Assembly: GCA_002380425.1 (NCBI GenBank)
Contig: DFUR01000013.1
Location: 554-64,553 of the forward strand
Source of the DNA: Bacteroidales bacterium UBA4181
Lineage (GTDB): Bacteria; Bacteroidota; Bacteroidia; Bacteroidales; UBA4181
Length of the DNA: 64,000 nt
Reading direction: 5' to 3'
The position numbers and the translations under genes are program-made. The first letter of the stretch is position 1, and each line of letters starts with the position of its first letter. The notes below the pieces were generated by a model. That model made no database searches, was not told where the DNA came from, and worked only from the letters and a program-made list of their open reading frames with translations. Below are positions 54,317 to 62,573 of the stretch, piece after piece.

Positions 54317-55615
54317 TTAATGCATTGCAGAAGTGGATTTTATGGAAATACTGTCTGCTGACAGTAGCCATTTCCAGACCGGTACCACACTGATGGCTTG
54401 TCCTGATGTGAGGGTAATGACGCGTTCCTCGTCGCGGGTGATGATACACAGGTGTTCCAATGGTACTACTTGCGATAGTTTTTCAAGAGCTTGGGTTTCA
54501 CGTTCGACGGTAGTAGCATCGCTAAGATCGTAACAGACCTGGAAGGCTGCGCGTTGTGCAGGCAGGAAAAAATCCACCTCGATGTTCCGGTTATAGAAAT
54601 AGACGTCTTCCTGATATTGTCTGTATAAGTGGATAGCACATATGTTTTCCAGCAAAGCTGTTTCGGCATCCGTCAGGAAGAGCGCAAGCAAACCATTGTC
54701 TTCGAAATAGTGTTTTTTTAGGGTTTCTTTTTCCACAAATTTGGTTGCGTAGTTGTTGATAGAAAAGACCAGACAGGATTCCTTGAGGTGGCAGACAAAA
54801 TGCATGACGCTGGTTGCATTGGTACTCACTCCCGTTGATTTGATCAGGTTGGCTATTCGGTTGTATGCGATGGGCTGTTTCACATTCATGGCCAAACGAT
54901 GGATGGTCATCCGAAGGGCCTCTTCGTTTCGAACATTGTGTCTTACTACGATGTCCGAGAAAAATATATTGTTATAAATGCCTGTCATCCAAGCTCTTTT
55001 GGCCTTGATGTGTACCAGCTCCGGGAAACCTCCAAAATGAAAGTAGTCATCAAAGTGTTTGGCTACCATTGCTTGTTGCCGACTCAGTTGCCAGTGTTTT
55101 TGCAAAGTGATACCCGTTGCAGTCAGGTGCTCAGAAAGTGAATATGGGTGTACCTGTTTGATCCAGTATCGGCCTCCAAGAGTGGTGGCAATCTCACGGC
55201 TTAACATCTTTGCGTTGCTGCCAGTGATGTATGTGCTAATTTTTTCATTGGCCATTCTTCGGGCAAAGTATTCCCAGCCTTCAATTTGTTGGATTTCGTC
55301 GAGAAACAAGATAGGGGCGCAAGAATATAGCGATTGGTGGGCCTGAAGGATTAGATCGAGGTCTTCGGCCTTAATGGTTCTGATGCGTTCATCGTCAAAG
55401 CTCACATAGACGATTTCCTCGATGCTGTGTCCTTCTCTGAGCAATTGTTGTATGCGTTGATAAAGAAGGTAGGATTTGCCACATTGCCTGATGCCCACAT
55501 AAACATAGTTCCCTTTCGCTTCGTACTCAACGGGCCGTTCGATCAGTGGTATGCTTGGAATGATGGATTGCCATTCCACCAGAATTTTCCGGATAACTTC
55601 CCTTTCCATATACAA
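54317..55615 (-). CDS. AAA+ ATPase (AAA_14 / DUF4143-type)
   Basis: 'YVGIRQCGKSYLLYQ' (P-loop) and 'ILFLDEIQ' (Walker B). 432 aa. The gene is visibly more AT-rich than its neighbours; I judged this by eye and did not compute it. Confidence 0.85.
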   Translation of the reverse strand: MYMEREVIRKILVEWQSIIPSIPLIERPVEYEAKGNYVYVGIRQCGKSYLLYQRIQQLLREGHSIEEIVYVSFDDERIRTIKAEDLDLILQAHQSLYSCAPILFLDEIQQIEGWEYFARRMANEKISTYITGSNAKMLSREIATTLGGRYWIKQVHPYSLSEHLTATGITLQKHWQLSRQQAMVAKHFDDYFHFGGFPELVHIKAKRAWMTGIYNNIFFSDIVVRHNVRNEEALRMTIHRLAMNVKQPIAYNRIANLIKSTGVSTNATSVMHFVCHLKESCLVFSINNYATKFVEKETLKKHYFEDNGLLALFLTDAETALLENICAIHLYRQYQEDVYFYNRNIEVDFFLPAQRAAFQVCYDLSDATTVERETQALEKLSQVVPLEHLCIITRDEERVITLTSGQAISVVPVWKWLLSADSISIKSTSAMH

Positions 55616-55634
55616 ACTTGATGTTCTTCAGGCT

Positions 55635-55642
55635 CAAATATA
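55635..55642 (-). promoter_or_regulatory. Candidate -7 box TATATTTG for the ATPase gene
   Basis: Plus-strand CAAATATA lies about 20 nt upstream of the ATG at 55615. Confidence 0.3.
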
Positions 55643-55668
55643 CTCTTTTCCAAATTACTAATTGATAA

Positions 55669-55696
55669 AATTACCAATATTTTTAAATTGGTAATT
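55669..55696. repeat. Perfect 10-bp inverted repeat AATTACCAAT-(8 nt)-ATTGGTAATT, a possible terminator or operator downstream of rfbC
   Basis: Read directly from the sequence: arms at 55669..55678 and 55687..55696 with loop ATTTTTAA. It lies between the rfbC stop (55730) and the ATPase start (55615). The stem is AT-rich, so its role as a terminator is uncertain. Confidence 0.6.
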
Positions 55697-55729
55697 GAGA
55701 TATTTGGTCAGATCCGGGACGTTTCTCTC

Positions 55730-56278
55730 TCAGGCAAACAGATCTGTCTGGGAGGAGTGGGGGGCATTGGCGTCTTTGGCGGAGACCAGGCGGGTGGCCG
55801 GATCCAGGGGCCACTGGATGTTCAGGGCCGGATCGTCGAAGCGGATGGCTCCTTCGGAAGTGGGTGCGTAAGGATTGTCGGTGAGGTAGTTGATGACGGT
55901 ATTGTCGGTGAGGGCCACAAAACCATGGGCAAATCCTCTGGGTATGAATATCTGGCGCCGGTTCTCCGCGCTGATTTCTGCTCCGACCCATTGCAGGAAG
56001 GTGGGAGAGGACTTCCGGATATCTACGGCCACATCATAGATGGCACCGCTCAACACCCGGATCAGCTTGGCCTGGGCAAACGGAACTCGTTGAAAGTGCA
56101 GGCCCCTCAGGACTCCTTTCTGGGAGCAGGATTCGTTCTGCTGCACAAAGTGGGTGTTGAAGGGAGCGGGGCCCTGAGGCTGCTCCTTCCATATTTCGGC
56201 AAAATAGCCCCGGGCATCTCCAAAAAATGCGGGCTCCAGCAGTACAACACCCGGAATGTTTGTTTCAATAACCTTCAT
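55730..56278 (-). CDS. rfbC: dTDP-4-dehydrorhamnose 3,5-epimerase
   Basis: 'MKVIETNIPGVVLLEPAFFGDARGYFAEIW' and 'RGLHFQ'. 182 aa. Confidence 0.95.
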   Translation of the reverse strand: MKVIETNIPGVVLLEPAFFGDARGYFAEIWKEQPQGPAPFNTHFVQQNESCSQKGVLRGLHFQRVPFAQAKLIRVLSGAIYDVAVDIRKSSPTFLQWVGAEISAENRRQIFIPRGFAHGFVALTDNTVINYLTDNPYAPTSEGAIRFDDPALNIQWPLDPATRLVSAKDANAPHSSQTDLFA

Positions 56279-56329
56279 ACAAGCATGGGTAAAAGAATCA
56301 GTATTGGCTAATAGCGTTACGCATTCAAA

Positions 56330-57211
56330 TCAACGTTCGGTAGGCGAAACCAGTACTCCGATGCATTCGGCAAGAGCATCCTCCCAGGGCCGGTTGAGGA
56401 TTCCGAGGGCTTCCATCTTGCGGGTATCCAGAGCGCTGTACGCGGGACGGCGCACAGCAGTGGGATATTCAGCAGTGGTGACGGGGAGAACAGGAGTGGT
56501 TATTCCGGCCATCTTCAGGGTACTGGCGGCCAGCTGGTACCAGGTGGTCACCCCTTGATTGCAAAAATGAAAGATTTGGTTCTCCCGGGAGGGCCGGGTG
56601 GCAAGGGTCAGCAGTGCCCGCGCCAGGTCGGTGGCATATGTGGGACACCCTTGCTGGTCGGCCACTACGCGGAGTTCGTCCCGGGTGGTTCCCAGGCGCA
56701 GCATGGTTCGAACAAAATTTTGCCCAAACTCGGAATACAGCCAGGAGGTCCGCACAATGTTGTAGGCGCATCCGGAGGCCTGGACGGCCTTTTCGCCTTC
56801 CAGTTTGGTGCTGCCATAGACTCCGATGGGTGCGGTAGGAGCGTCTTCGGGGATGGGGATTCGGGCGGAGCCGTCAAAAACATAATCGGTGGACACATGG
56901 AGCAACAGCAACCCTCTGCGGGCAGCCTCTACAGCAAGAATCCCCGGCGCCATGGCATTGACCAGATGGGCGGCTTGCTGATCCGATTCGGCTTTTTCCA
57001 CGGCAGTGTAGGCGGCGGTATTGATGATCACCGAAGGACGTACCTGCTCCAGCAGCCGGGCAACCACATCCTTCCGGGTGATGTCTCCTTCCGGGAGATC
57101 TGTGGCAGTGAGTTCTATGGCGGGAAACTGTGGCGACACTTTGCTGAGTGAACGCCCCAGTTGCCCGTTGGCTCCGGTAACCAGTACCCTGAGCCGGGAT
57201 GAGTGCTCCAT
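56330..57211 (-). CDS. rfbD: dTDP-4-dehydrorhamnose reductase
   Basis: 'RVLVTGANGQLGRSL', 'INTAAYTAVEKAE' and 'YGSTKLEGE' (YxxxK). I prefer the start at 57211 (MEHSS). The 69-codon track extension contains no recognisable homology. Confidence 0.9.
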   Translation of the reverse strand: MEHSSRLRVLVTGANGQLGRSLSKVSPQFPAIELTATDLPEGDITRKDVVARLLEQVRPSVIINTAAYTAVEKAESDQQAAHLVNAMAPGILAVEAARRGLLLLHVSTDYVFDGSARIPIPEDAPTAPIGVYGSTKLEGEKAVQASGCAYNIVRTSWLYSEFGQNFVRTMLRLGTTRDELRVVADQQGCPTYATDLARALLTLATRPSRENQIFHFCNQGVTTWYQLAASTLKMAGITTPVLPVTTAEYPTAVRRPAYSALDTRKMEALGILNRPWEDALAECIGVLVSPTER

Positions 57212-57325
57212 GGGAAATGATGATTCAAGTTTATGCATAACAAAGGTAGAAAATCTTTTGTGGATGTGGCACAAAATCTCAGAATGGTTACCTTTGAAGC
57301 AACAGTAATTGTATTTTCTTAGATT

Positions 57326-58276
57326 ATGATTCAAAAAGGAGTTCTTGTTCCGTTCGATTTCGAACCCAAGGCGGAGGCTGCTTTGGAATACGCCTGTGCG
57401 TTGGCCCCGATGTATCATTGTGGTATCCGGTTGTTGTACGTCATCGAGTCCGGGGATTTTATCTCGGAGTTGTTTCGCAGTGAGGAGGATACAGCCCGCA
57501 TGAAGCAGCGGGTACTGGCTCGTTTGGAGGAGACCGCATCCATGGTGCGGAGGAACTACGGACTGGAGGTATCACTGCATGTGGAGAAGGGTGAGCCTTA
57601 TCAGGTAATTCTTTCCCTGGCCAAGGAATGGCATTCGTGCGCCATTGTGATGGGGAAGGAGGGCCGCACCCTCATGTCCCACAGTATATTAGGTTCCGAT
57701 GAACTCAGGGTGGTCGGGATGGCTCCCTGTCCGGTCTTTACCGTCCCGGCGCCTGCTGATGCCATTGTGCTCAGGGATACAACCGACACTCCTTCGCAGG
57801 CACGATTTGCTCATTTGGTGCTTCCGCTGGACCTCTCCAAGCATACCCAGCAGAAACTCAAGATGGCCATTAAACTGGCCCGTATTTACGGCTCCACGAT
57901 TCATGTGGTGTCGGTGTTGATTGGGGGAATTCAGGTGCGGGAAAGCCGCATTTTTGAACGCATGCAGCGTGCCAGCCGGATGCTGGATGACTTGGGTATT
58001 GCCCATACGGCTCAGTTGTATTCGAGGCCTGCGCAACCTGTGGAGGAAGTGATATTCAGACACGCCCGGGATGTGCGTGGAGATTTAATCGTGATGATGA
58101 CCCATCAGGAGGCAACCACATCGGACAACTACATCGGTGCGGTGGCCCAGCGGGTGATTCAGGGTGCAGAGATTCCCGTTTTGTCCATGACATCTTCGGC
58201 CACTCAGGGGGCGGGTTTTATGGGGGTTGAATTTGTAGATCCTTTTGCGATGTTCAAAAAGCACCATATTCACTGA
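57326..58276 (+). CDS. Tandem universal stress protein (2 x Usp domain)
   Basis: 316 aa with two halves, each resembling a Usp domain and each ending in a 'G(x)..G(x9)GS'-like segment ('MGKEGRTLMSHSILGSDELRVV'; 'THQEATTSDNYIGAVAQRVI'). Confidence 0.75.
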   Translation: MIQKGVLVPFDFEPKAEAALEYACALAPMYHCGIRLLYVIESGDFISELFRSEEDTARMKQRVLARLEETASMVRRNYGLEVSLHVEKGEPYQVILSLAKEWHSCAIVMGKEGRTLMSHSILGSDELRVVGMAPCPVFTVPAPADAIVLRDTTDTPSQARFAHLVLPLDLSKHTQQKLKMAIKLARIYGSTIHVVSVLIGGIQVRESRIFERMQRASRMLDDLGIAHTAQLYSRPAQPVEEVIFRHARDVRGDLIVMMTHQEATTSDNYIGAVAQRVIQGAEIPVLSMTSSATQGAGFMGVEFVDPFAMFKKHHIH

Positions 58277-58310
58277 TTGCCTTATTGTTTTCTGAAGAGA
58301 TTTCTGATCG

Positions 58311-59003
58311 ATGGTTTATCTGGTTCCGAATGTGATTGCCGACACTCCTCCCGGAGAGGTCATCCCCGAGGGCGGGTTACAGGTAATCAGAACTCTTAGG
58401 CATTTTGTGGCTGAGGACATCCGTACTGTTCGTCGGTTTCTGGCACGGGTGGGCATGCCTGTCCCGCTGGATGAGTTGCAGTTCTATGTGCTCAATGAGC
58501 ACACTACAGAGGCTGAATTGGCCGGATTGGCTCGGCCCATGCAGTTGTATGATATCGGGATGGTTTCCGAAGCTGGTGCCCCCGGTGTGGCAGACCCCGG
58601 AAGCGACTTGGTCCGGATGGCCCATGCACAGGGAATCCCTGTGAGGCCTCTGACAGGGCCGTCTTCGTTGTTGCTGGCTCTGATGGCTTCAGGGATGAAT
58701 GGTCAGCATTTTGCTTTTCACGGGTATTTGCCCGTCAAACGTGCTGAAAGGATGGAGGCTATTCGGAGACTGGAACACCGGGCTCTGTCAGAAGGCAGTA
58801 CCCAGATTTTTATTGAGGCTCCGTACCGAAATGATGCCTTGCTTGAAGATATTCTCAGTGTTTGCCGCCCGGCTACCCGTGTGTGTGTGGCTGCCGGGAT
58901 TTCCTCCTCTTCGGAGTATATCCGGACCCTGCCTGTGGCGGAATGGAAGCGTGCGAAGCCAATTTTGCATAAAATTCCGGTGGTGTTTCTGCTAGGTGTC
59001 TGA
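58311..59003 (+). CDS. SAM-dependent methyltransferase, tetrapyrrole-methylase superfamily (RsmI/YraL-like)
   Basis: 'YDIGMVSEAGAPGVADPGSDLV' and 'GPSSLLLALMASGMNGQHFAFHGYLP'. Confidence 0.75.
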   Translation: MVYLVPNVIADTPPGEVIPEGGLQVIRTLRHFVAEDIRTVRRFLARVGMPVPLDELQFYVLNEHTTEAELAGLARPMQLYDIGMVSEAGAPGVADPGSDLVRMAHAQGIPVRPLTGPSSLLLALMASGMNGQHFAFHGYLPVKRAERMEAIRRLEHRALSEGSTQIFIEAPYRNDALLEDILSVCRPATRVCVAAGISSSSEYIRTLPVAEWKRAKPILHKIPVVFLLGV

Positions 59004-59010
59004 TTTTGAT

Positions 59011-59018
59011 TATCTTTG
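59011..59018 (+). promoter_or_regulatory. Candidate -7 box TATCTTTG upstream of the pseudouridine synthase gene
   Basis: Exact TAnnTTTG match about 70 nt upstream of ATG 59087. Confidence 0.3.
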
Positions 59019-59086
59019 CGCCCTGAAACTTTGGCGCGATTTATGCAGCTACAGCAAATTTGGAAATGTTTATCTCTTAATGAATT

Positions 59087-60892
59087 ATGGACAACGATCA
59101 GGAAAAGCGTGAGGTGAAGAAAATCACCCTTACGCCTCGCTCCGATGAACCGGAAAGCGATCGGAACGAAAACCGTGAAGGTGATTCGAGGCCGAGAAGA
59201 AGCTTCCCCGACAGGGGTGGCTATGACAACCGTCCTGCCCGAGGGGGTAGAGACGGAGATTACAACAGCGGCTACAACGACCGCAGGGAACGTCCTTACC
59301 GGGATTTCAACCGTATGGATGACAGTAGTCCCAGGCCCTACAACCGGGATAACAACGGCCCTCGTCCGTACAACCGTGGTGGTGACAGTGGCCCCAGGCC
59401 CTACAACCGGGATAACAACGGCCCGCGTCCGTTTAACCGTACAGGCGAAGGTGGCCCCAGGCCCTACAACCGCGATAACAACGGCCCTCGTCCGTACAAC
59501 CGTGGTGGTGAAAGTGGCCCCAGGCCCTACAATCGTCCGGACAACAGTGGCCCCCGTCCTTACACGCGTGATGACCGGGGAGAACGGAACTTCAACCGCG
59601 AGGGGGCTGACCGTGCCGCCGGGTCCACCGGTGACAGAGGCTACGCCCGTCCGTTCCGTCCCTACAGAAGCGACAATCAGCGTCCTGCCAGGGATTTCAA
59701 CCGCGATTTCAATCGTGATCCAAACCGCGACTTCAACAGGGATCCCAACCAGTATCAGGAGCGTCCCGACAGGGAGGAACCCAATTTTAACCGTGAGGGG
59801 GCCGATAAGTCGGCTACCCAAGGTTATTCTGCCGGCGGATACGTCCGCCCGCCCCGTGAATACCAGGCTCCCAATGAAGGAGACAGGCCACGGCGCAAAC
59901 GGATTACTCCAGAGAATCCATCCTCTTTTGAACGGGTGGAGCCAGGACGTCGCCCCGAAGGGGAACGGAGTTTCGACAGCCCGCGGCCTTTCCGTCGCCC
60001 TGAAGGAGACCAGGGTTATGATCGTCCCAGATTAGGCCGCCGTCCTACCGTTGACAGGGATTTTGGTCCTTCCCGCAGGCCCTCCGATGGAGGGCGGTTG
60101 GCGATCCGTAAAGGATTTGCACCCAAAAAGCCACGCCCGGAGATTCCCCAATATCCCGATGTCATTCCGGACAAGCCGTTGCGTCTGAACAAGTACATTG
60201 CCAACACCGGTCTTTGTTCCCGCAGGGAAGCCGATGAGCACATCCAGGCTGGAAAAATCTCTGTGAATGGTACCGTGGTGACTGAGCTTGGAGTGAAAGT
60301 GAATCCTCAGGACGAGATTGCTTTTGACGGCCGGGTGTTGAACCGGGAACGGAAAATCTATCTGATTCTCAATAAGCCCAAGGGGTTTGTGACCACCCTG
60401 GACGATCCTGAGTCGCGCAAGACCGTGATGGAACTGGTGCATACTGCCTGTAAGGAACGGATTTACCCTGTGGGGCGGCTGGATAAGATGACTACCGGGG
60501 TACTTCTGTTCACCAATGACGGGGAACTGGCTCTGAAGCTGACGCACCCCGGGAACCACATGCGCAAGGTGTATCATGTCAAACTCGACAGGGCGCTTGC
60601 TCAGGAGGACATGGAAAAACTGGCCTCGGGTGTGGAACTCGAAGATGGCTGGATCACCCCTGATGCTATCGCCTATGCCAGCGAAGAGGATTTGTCGCAG
60701 GTAGGTGTGGAGATTCATTCGGGTCGTAACCGGGTGGTTCGGCGTATGTTTGATCAGGTGGGCTACAAGGTCAGCAAACTCGACCGGGTGTACTTCTCGG
60801 GCCTCTCCAAGAAGGGTCTGAAAAGAGGGAAATGGCGTTTCCTGACTCCTCAGGAAGTAGCGTTTCTCAAAATGATGCCTGCGGGCGTCTAG
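59087..60892 (+). CDS. RluB/RsuA-family pseudouridine synthase with a disordered, repeat-rich N-terminal extension of about 350 aa
   Basis: S4 domain 'LRLNKYIANTGLCSRREADEHIQAGKISVNG' and catalytic 'YPVGRLDKMTTGVLLFTNDGEL'. The N-terminus is rich in R/P/N/D/G. Confidence 0.85.
   Translation: MDNDQEKREVKKITLTPRSDEPESDRNENREGDSRPRRSFPDRGGYDNRPARGGRDGDYNSGYNDRRERPYRDFNRMDDSSPRPYNRDNNGPRPYNRGGDSGPRPYNRDNNGPRPFNRTGEGGPRPYNRDNNGPRPYNRGGESGPRPYNRPDNSGPRPYTRDDRGERNFNREGADRAAGSTGDRGYARPFRPYRSDNQRPARDFNRDFNRDPNRDFNRDPNQYQERPDREEPNFNREGADKSATQGYSAGGYVRPPREYQAPNEGDRPRRKRITPENPSSFERVEPGRRPEGERSFDSPRPFRRPEGDQGYDRPRLGRRPTVDRDFGPSRRPSDGGRLAIRKGFAPKKPRPEIPQYPDVIPDKPLRLNKYIANTGLCSRREADEHIQAGKISVNGTVVTELGVKVNPQDEIAFDGRVLNRERKIYLILNKPKGFVTTLDDPESRKTVMELVHTACKERIYPVGRLDKMTTGVLLFTNDGELALKLTHPGNHMRKVYHVKLDRALAQEDMEKLASGVELEDGWITPDAIAYASEEDLSQVGVEIHSGRNRVVRRMFDQVGYKVSKLDRVYFSGLSKKGLKRGKWRFLTPQEVAFLKMMPAGV
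59330..59569 (+). repeat. About 3.8 tandem copies of a 63-nt coding repeat (PRPYNRDNNGPRPYNRGG[DE]SG), giving 8 PRP[YF][NT]R motifs
   Basis: Units start at 59330, 59393 and 59456 with a partial unit at 59519. I read these directly from the nucleotide and protein sequence. Confidence 0.85.
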
Positions 60893-60898
60893 CCTGCT

Positions 60899-61669
60899 AT
60901 GTTTCGCTTTAGACACTTTTCCGTACGTCAGGAGGGTTGCTCCATGAAGGTGGGTACGGACGGAGTGTTGCTGGCTGCCTGGGCAGGTCAGTTTCCAGCT
61001 GAACGGGCACTGGATGTGGGTACGGGTACAGGGCTGATAGCCCTGGCCCTGGCCGCTTCGGGCGTAGCGCATGTGGATGGGGTGGAGCTGGATGAGTCTG
61101 CCATTTTCCGGGCCACGGCAAATGTGTCAGAGAATGGCCTGCAACGGCAGGTCTCCATCGTGCACACTTCCTTCCAGCAGTTTGTATCCTTGATTTCCGG
61201 CTTCCCTTCGACCGCTTCGGGTTCCCCGATGGAGGCAAGAGGCGTTTCTTTGTCTGGCTGCCGCCCTTATGATCTGGTGGTGTCTAATCCTCCCTTTTTC
61301 TCCCAATCTCTTAAATCTGAGCATGCCGGACGCACCCTGGCGCGTCATGATGATGCCTTGCCTTTCCCGGAACTGGTGGCAGGGACGTGTGCCTGTCTGG
61401 CACCCGATGGTGTGTTTGCCGTTATCGTGCCCTATGACCGGATGTTGGCTTGTGTAGCGCAGGCAACAGCGTCAGGACTTTATCTCCATAGCCGGTTGTG
61501 CGTGTCTTCACGGCCAGGAAGGGGCTTCCACCGGGCATTGCTGGCCTTTGGACGCAGACAGCGTGCTGTGCTTGAAAAAACTTTGACTATTTATAGAGAT
61601 GAGCAGAGCTTCTCGGATGATTTCAAGGAGCTTACCCGTTCACTCTATCTGGACGAAGCCCTGCTGTGA
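60899..61669 (+). CDS. tRNA1(Val) (adenine37-N6)-methyltransferase-like (YfiC/TrmN6 family)
   Basis: 'FRFRHFSVRQEGCSMKVGTDGVLLAAWA', 'LDVGTGTGLIALALA' and 'DLVVSNPPFF' (NPPF). Confidence 0.8.
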   Translation: MFRFRHFSVRQEGCSMKVGTDGVLLAAWAGQFPAERALDVGTGTGLIALALAASGVAHVDGVELDESAIFRATANVSENGLQRQVSIVHTSFQQFVSLISGFPSTASGSPMEARGVSLSGCRPYDLVVSNPPFFSQSLKSEHAGRTLARHDDALPFPELVAGTCACLAPDGVFAVIVPYDRMLACVAQATASGLYLHSRLCVSSRPGRGFHRALLAFGRRQRAVLEKTLTIYRDEQSFSDDFKELTRSLYLDEALL

Positions 61670-62556
61670 AGCAGCATTTTGAGGTAGCCCCTCCAGCGGG
61701 CATGCCATAGAGGAATCTGCCGGCAGAATTGCCGGGCTTCGGCATATTTTCCAAATGACAGAGCCGTGTTGGCGAGCCTGCGAAAGCGCAGGGTGTCAGC
61801 CTGTACCTGGGACATTCCGCTGTCAGGGTACTTGGCGCGGAAATAATCCCGGATGTCAAAAATGGCCTGTTGATAGCGTATGTTTTTGTCGTATTGGTTG
61901 GAATGGCTGATGGATGTGCCGGTGATGCGGTAGGTGGCCGTTGGCTCGGGGATGCAGACAAACCGGGTGTGGCGGGAGAACTCCAGCCACATTGGGTAGT
62001 CCTCAATGGTGAAGCCTTGTTGCCGCAGTTGATTCAGATTGAGAAATCTCAGAAGTGATTTACGAAAACACACACTTATGGCCGGGATGGGATTGTTGTG
62101 CATGAGTGCCTTGAACTCCCCGCCTGCAGGCAGTTCGGGAGGGATGTAGGTTTCCCTGGGTTGTCCGGGCAAATCCGTATGCCATCGAATCACCCCTGTA
62201 TAGACGACACCGGTTTGAGGCTCCAGCTCGAGCAGGGCTGTCTGCTTGCTGAGCTTGAGGGGATCGTGCCAAAAGTCATCTCCGGCACAGAGGCAGATAT
62301 AATCTCCGGAGCACTGTTCCAGCAGGCTGTGAAAATTGGCTGTGAGCCCCAGATTGTGCTCCTGAAGCACCGGGATAATCCGGGCATCTTCCATTGCCGC
62401 TGAGAGCAGGATTTCCCGGGTATTGTCGGTCGAGGCGTCTTCACCCACAAGGATCTCCAGGTCCACATCGCCTTGCTGTCGCAGCAGGCTCTCGAGGGTC
62501 TCCCGCAGGGTATCCTGTTGGTTGTAGGTGCAGACACATATAGAAACTCGGGCCAT
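61645..62556 (-). CDS. GT2-family glycosyltransferase
   Basis: 'VSICVCTYNQQDTLRETLESLLRQQGDVDLEILVGEDASTDNT' and 'CAGDDFW'. Its 3' end overlaps the convergent methyltransferase gene by 25 nt. Confidence 0.85.
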   Translation of the reverse strand: MARVSICVCTYNQQDTLRETLESLLRQQGDVDLEILVGEDASTDNTREILLSAAMEDARIIPVLQEHNLGLTANFHSLLEQCSGDYICLCAGDDFWHDPLKLSKQTALLELEPQTGVVYTGVIRWHTDLPGQPRETYIPPELPAGGEFKALMHNNPIPAISVCFRKSLLRFLNLNQLRQQGFTIEDYPMWLEFSRHTRFVCIPEPTATYRITGTSISHSNQYDKNIRYQQAIFDIRDYFRAKYPDSGMSQVQADTLRFRRLANTALSFGKYAEARQFCRQIPLWHARWRGYLKMLLHSRASSR

Positions 62557-62573
62557 GGGTAAGGTTGTCGAAA

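Noticed and set aside
59018-59037. A GCGCC-(10 nt)-GGCGC hairpin after the TP-methylase gene, considered as a terminator.
   Set aside because: It has only a 5-bp stem with a 10-nt loop and no following T-tract. It also overlaps the candidate -7 box. It is too weak to call.
58718-60035. A 367-aa minus-strand ORF (58718..59821) and a 296-aa alternative plus-frame ORF (59145..60035), both over the repeat-rich 5' part of the pseudouridine synthase gene.
   Set aside because: Both are by-products of the biased, repetitive codon composition (CGN/CCN/AAC repeats). The frame starting at 59087 is the one that continues into a bona fide S4 and pseudouridine synthase domain.
60032-61072. A 346-aa minus-strand ORF spanning the pseudouridine synthase 3' half and the trmN6-like 5' end.
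   Set aside because: It is antisense to two genes with clear catalytic motifs, has no motif of its own and crosses their intergenic gap. I treat it as a shadow ORF. The same reasoning applies to 39743..40657, 25814..26641, 46023..46778, 47752..48537, 16420..17130, 21498..22184, 24049..24717 and 42780..43445.
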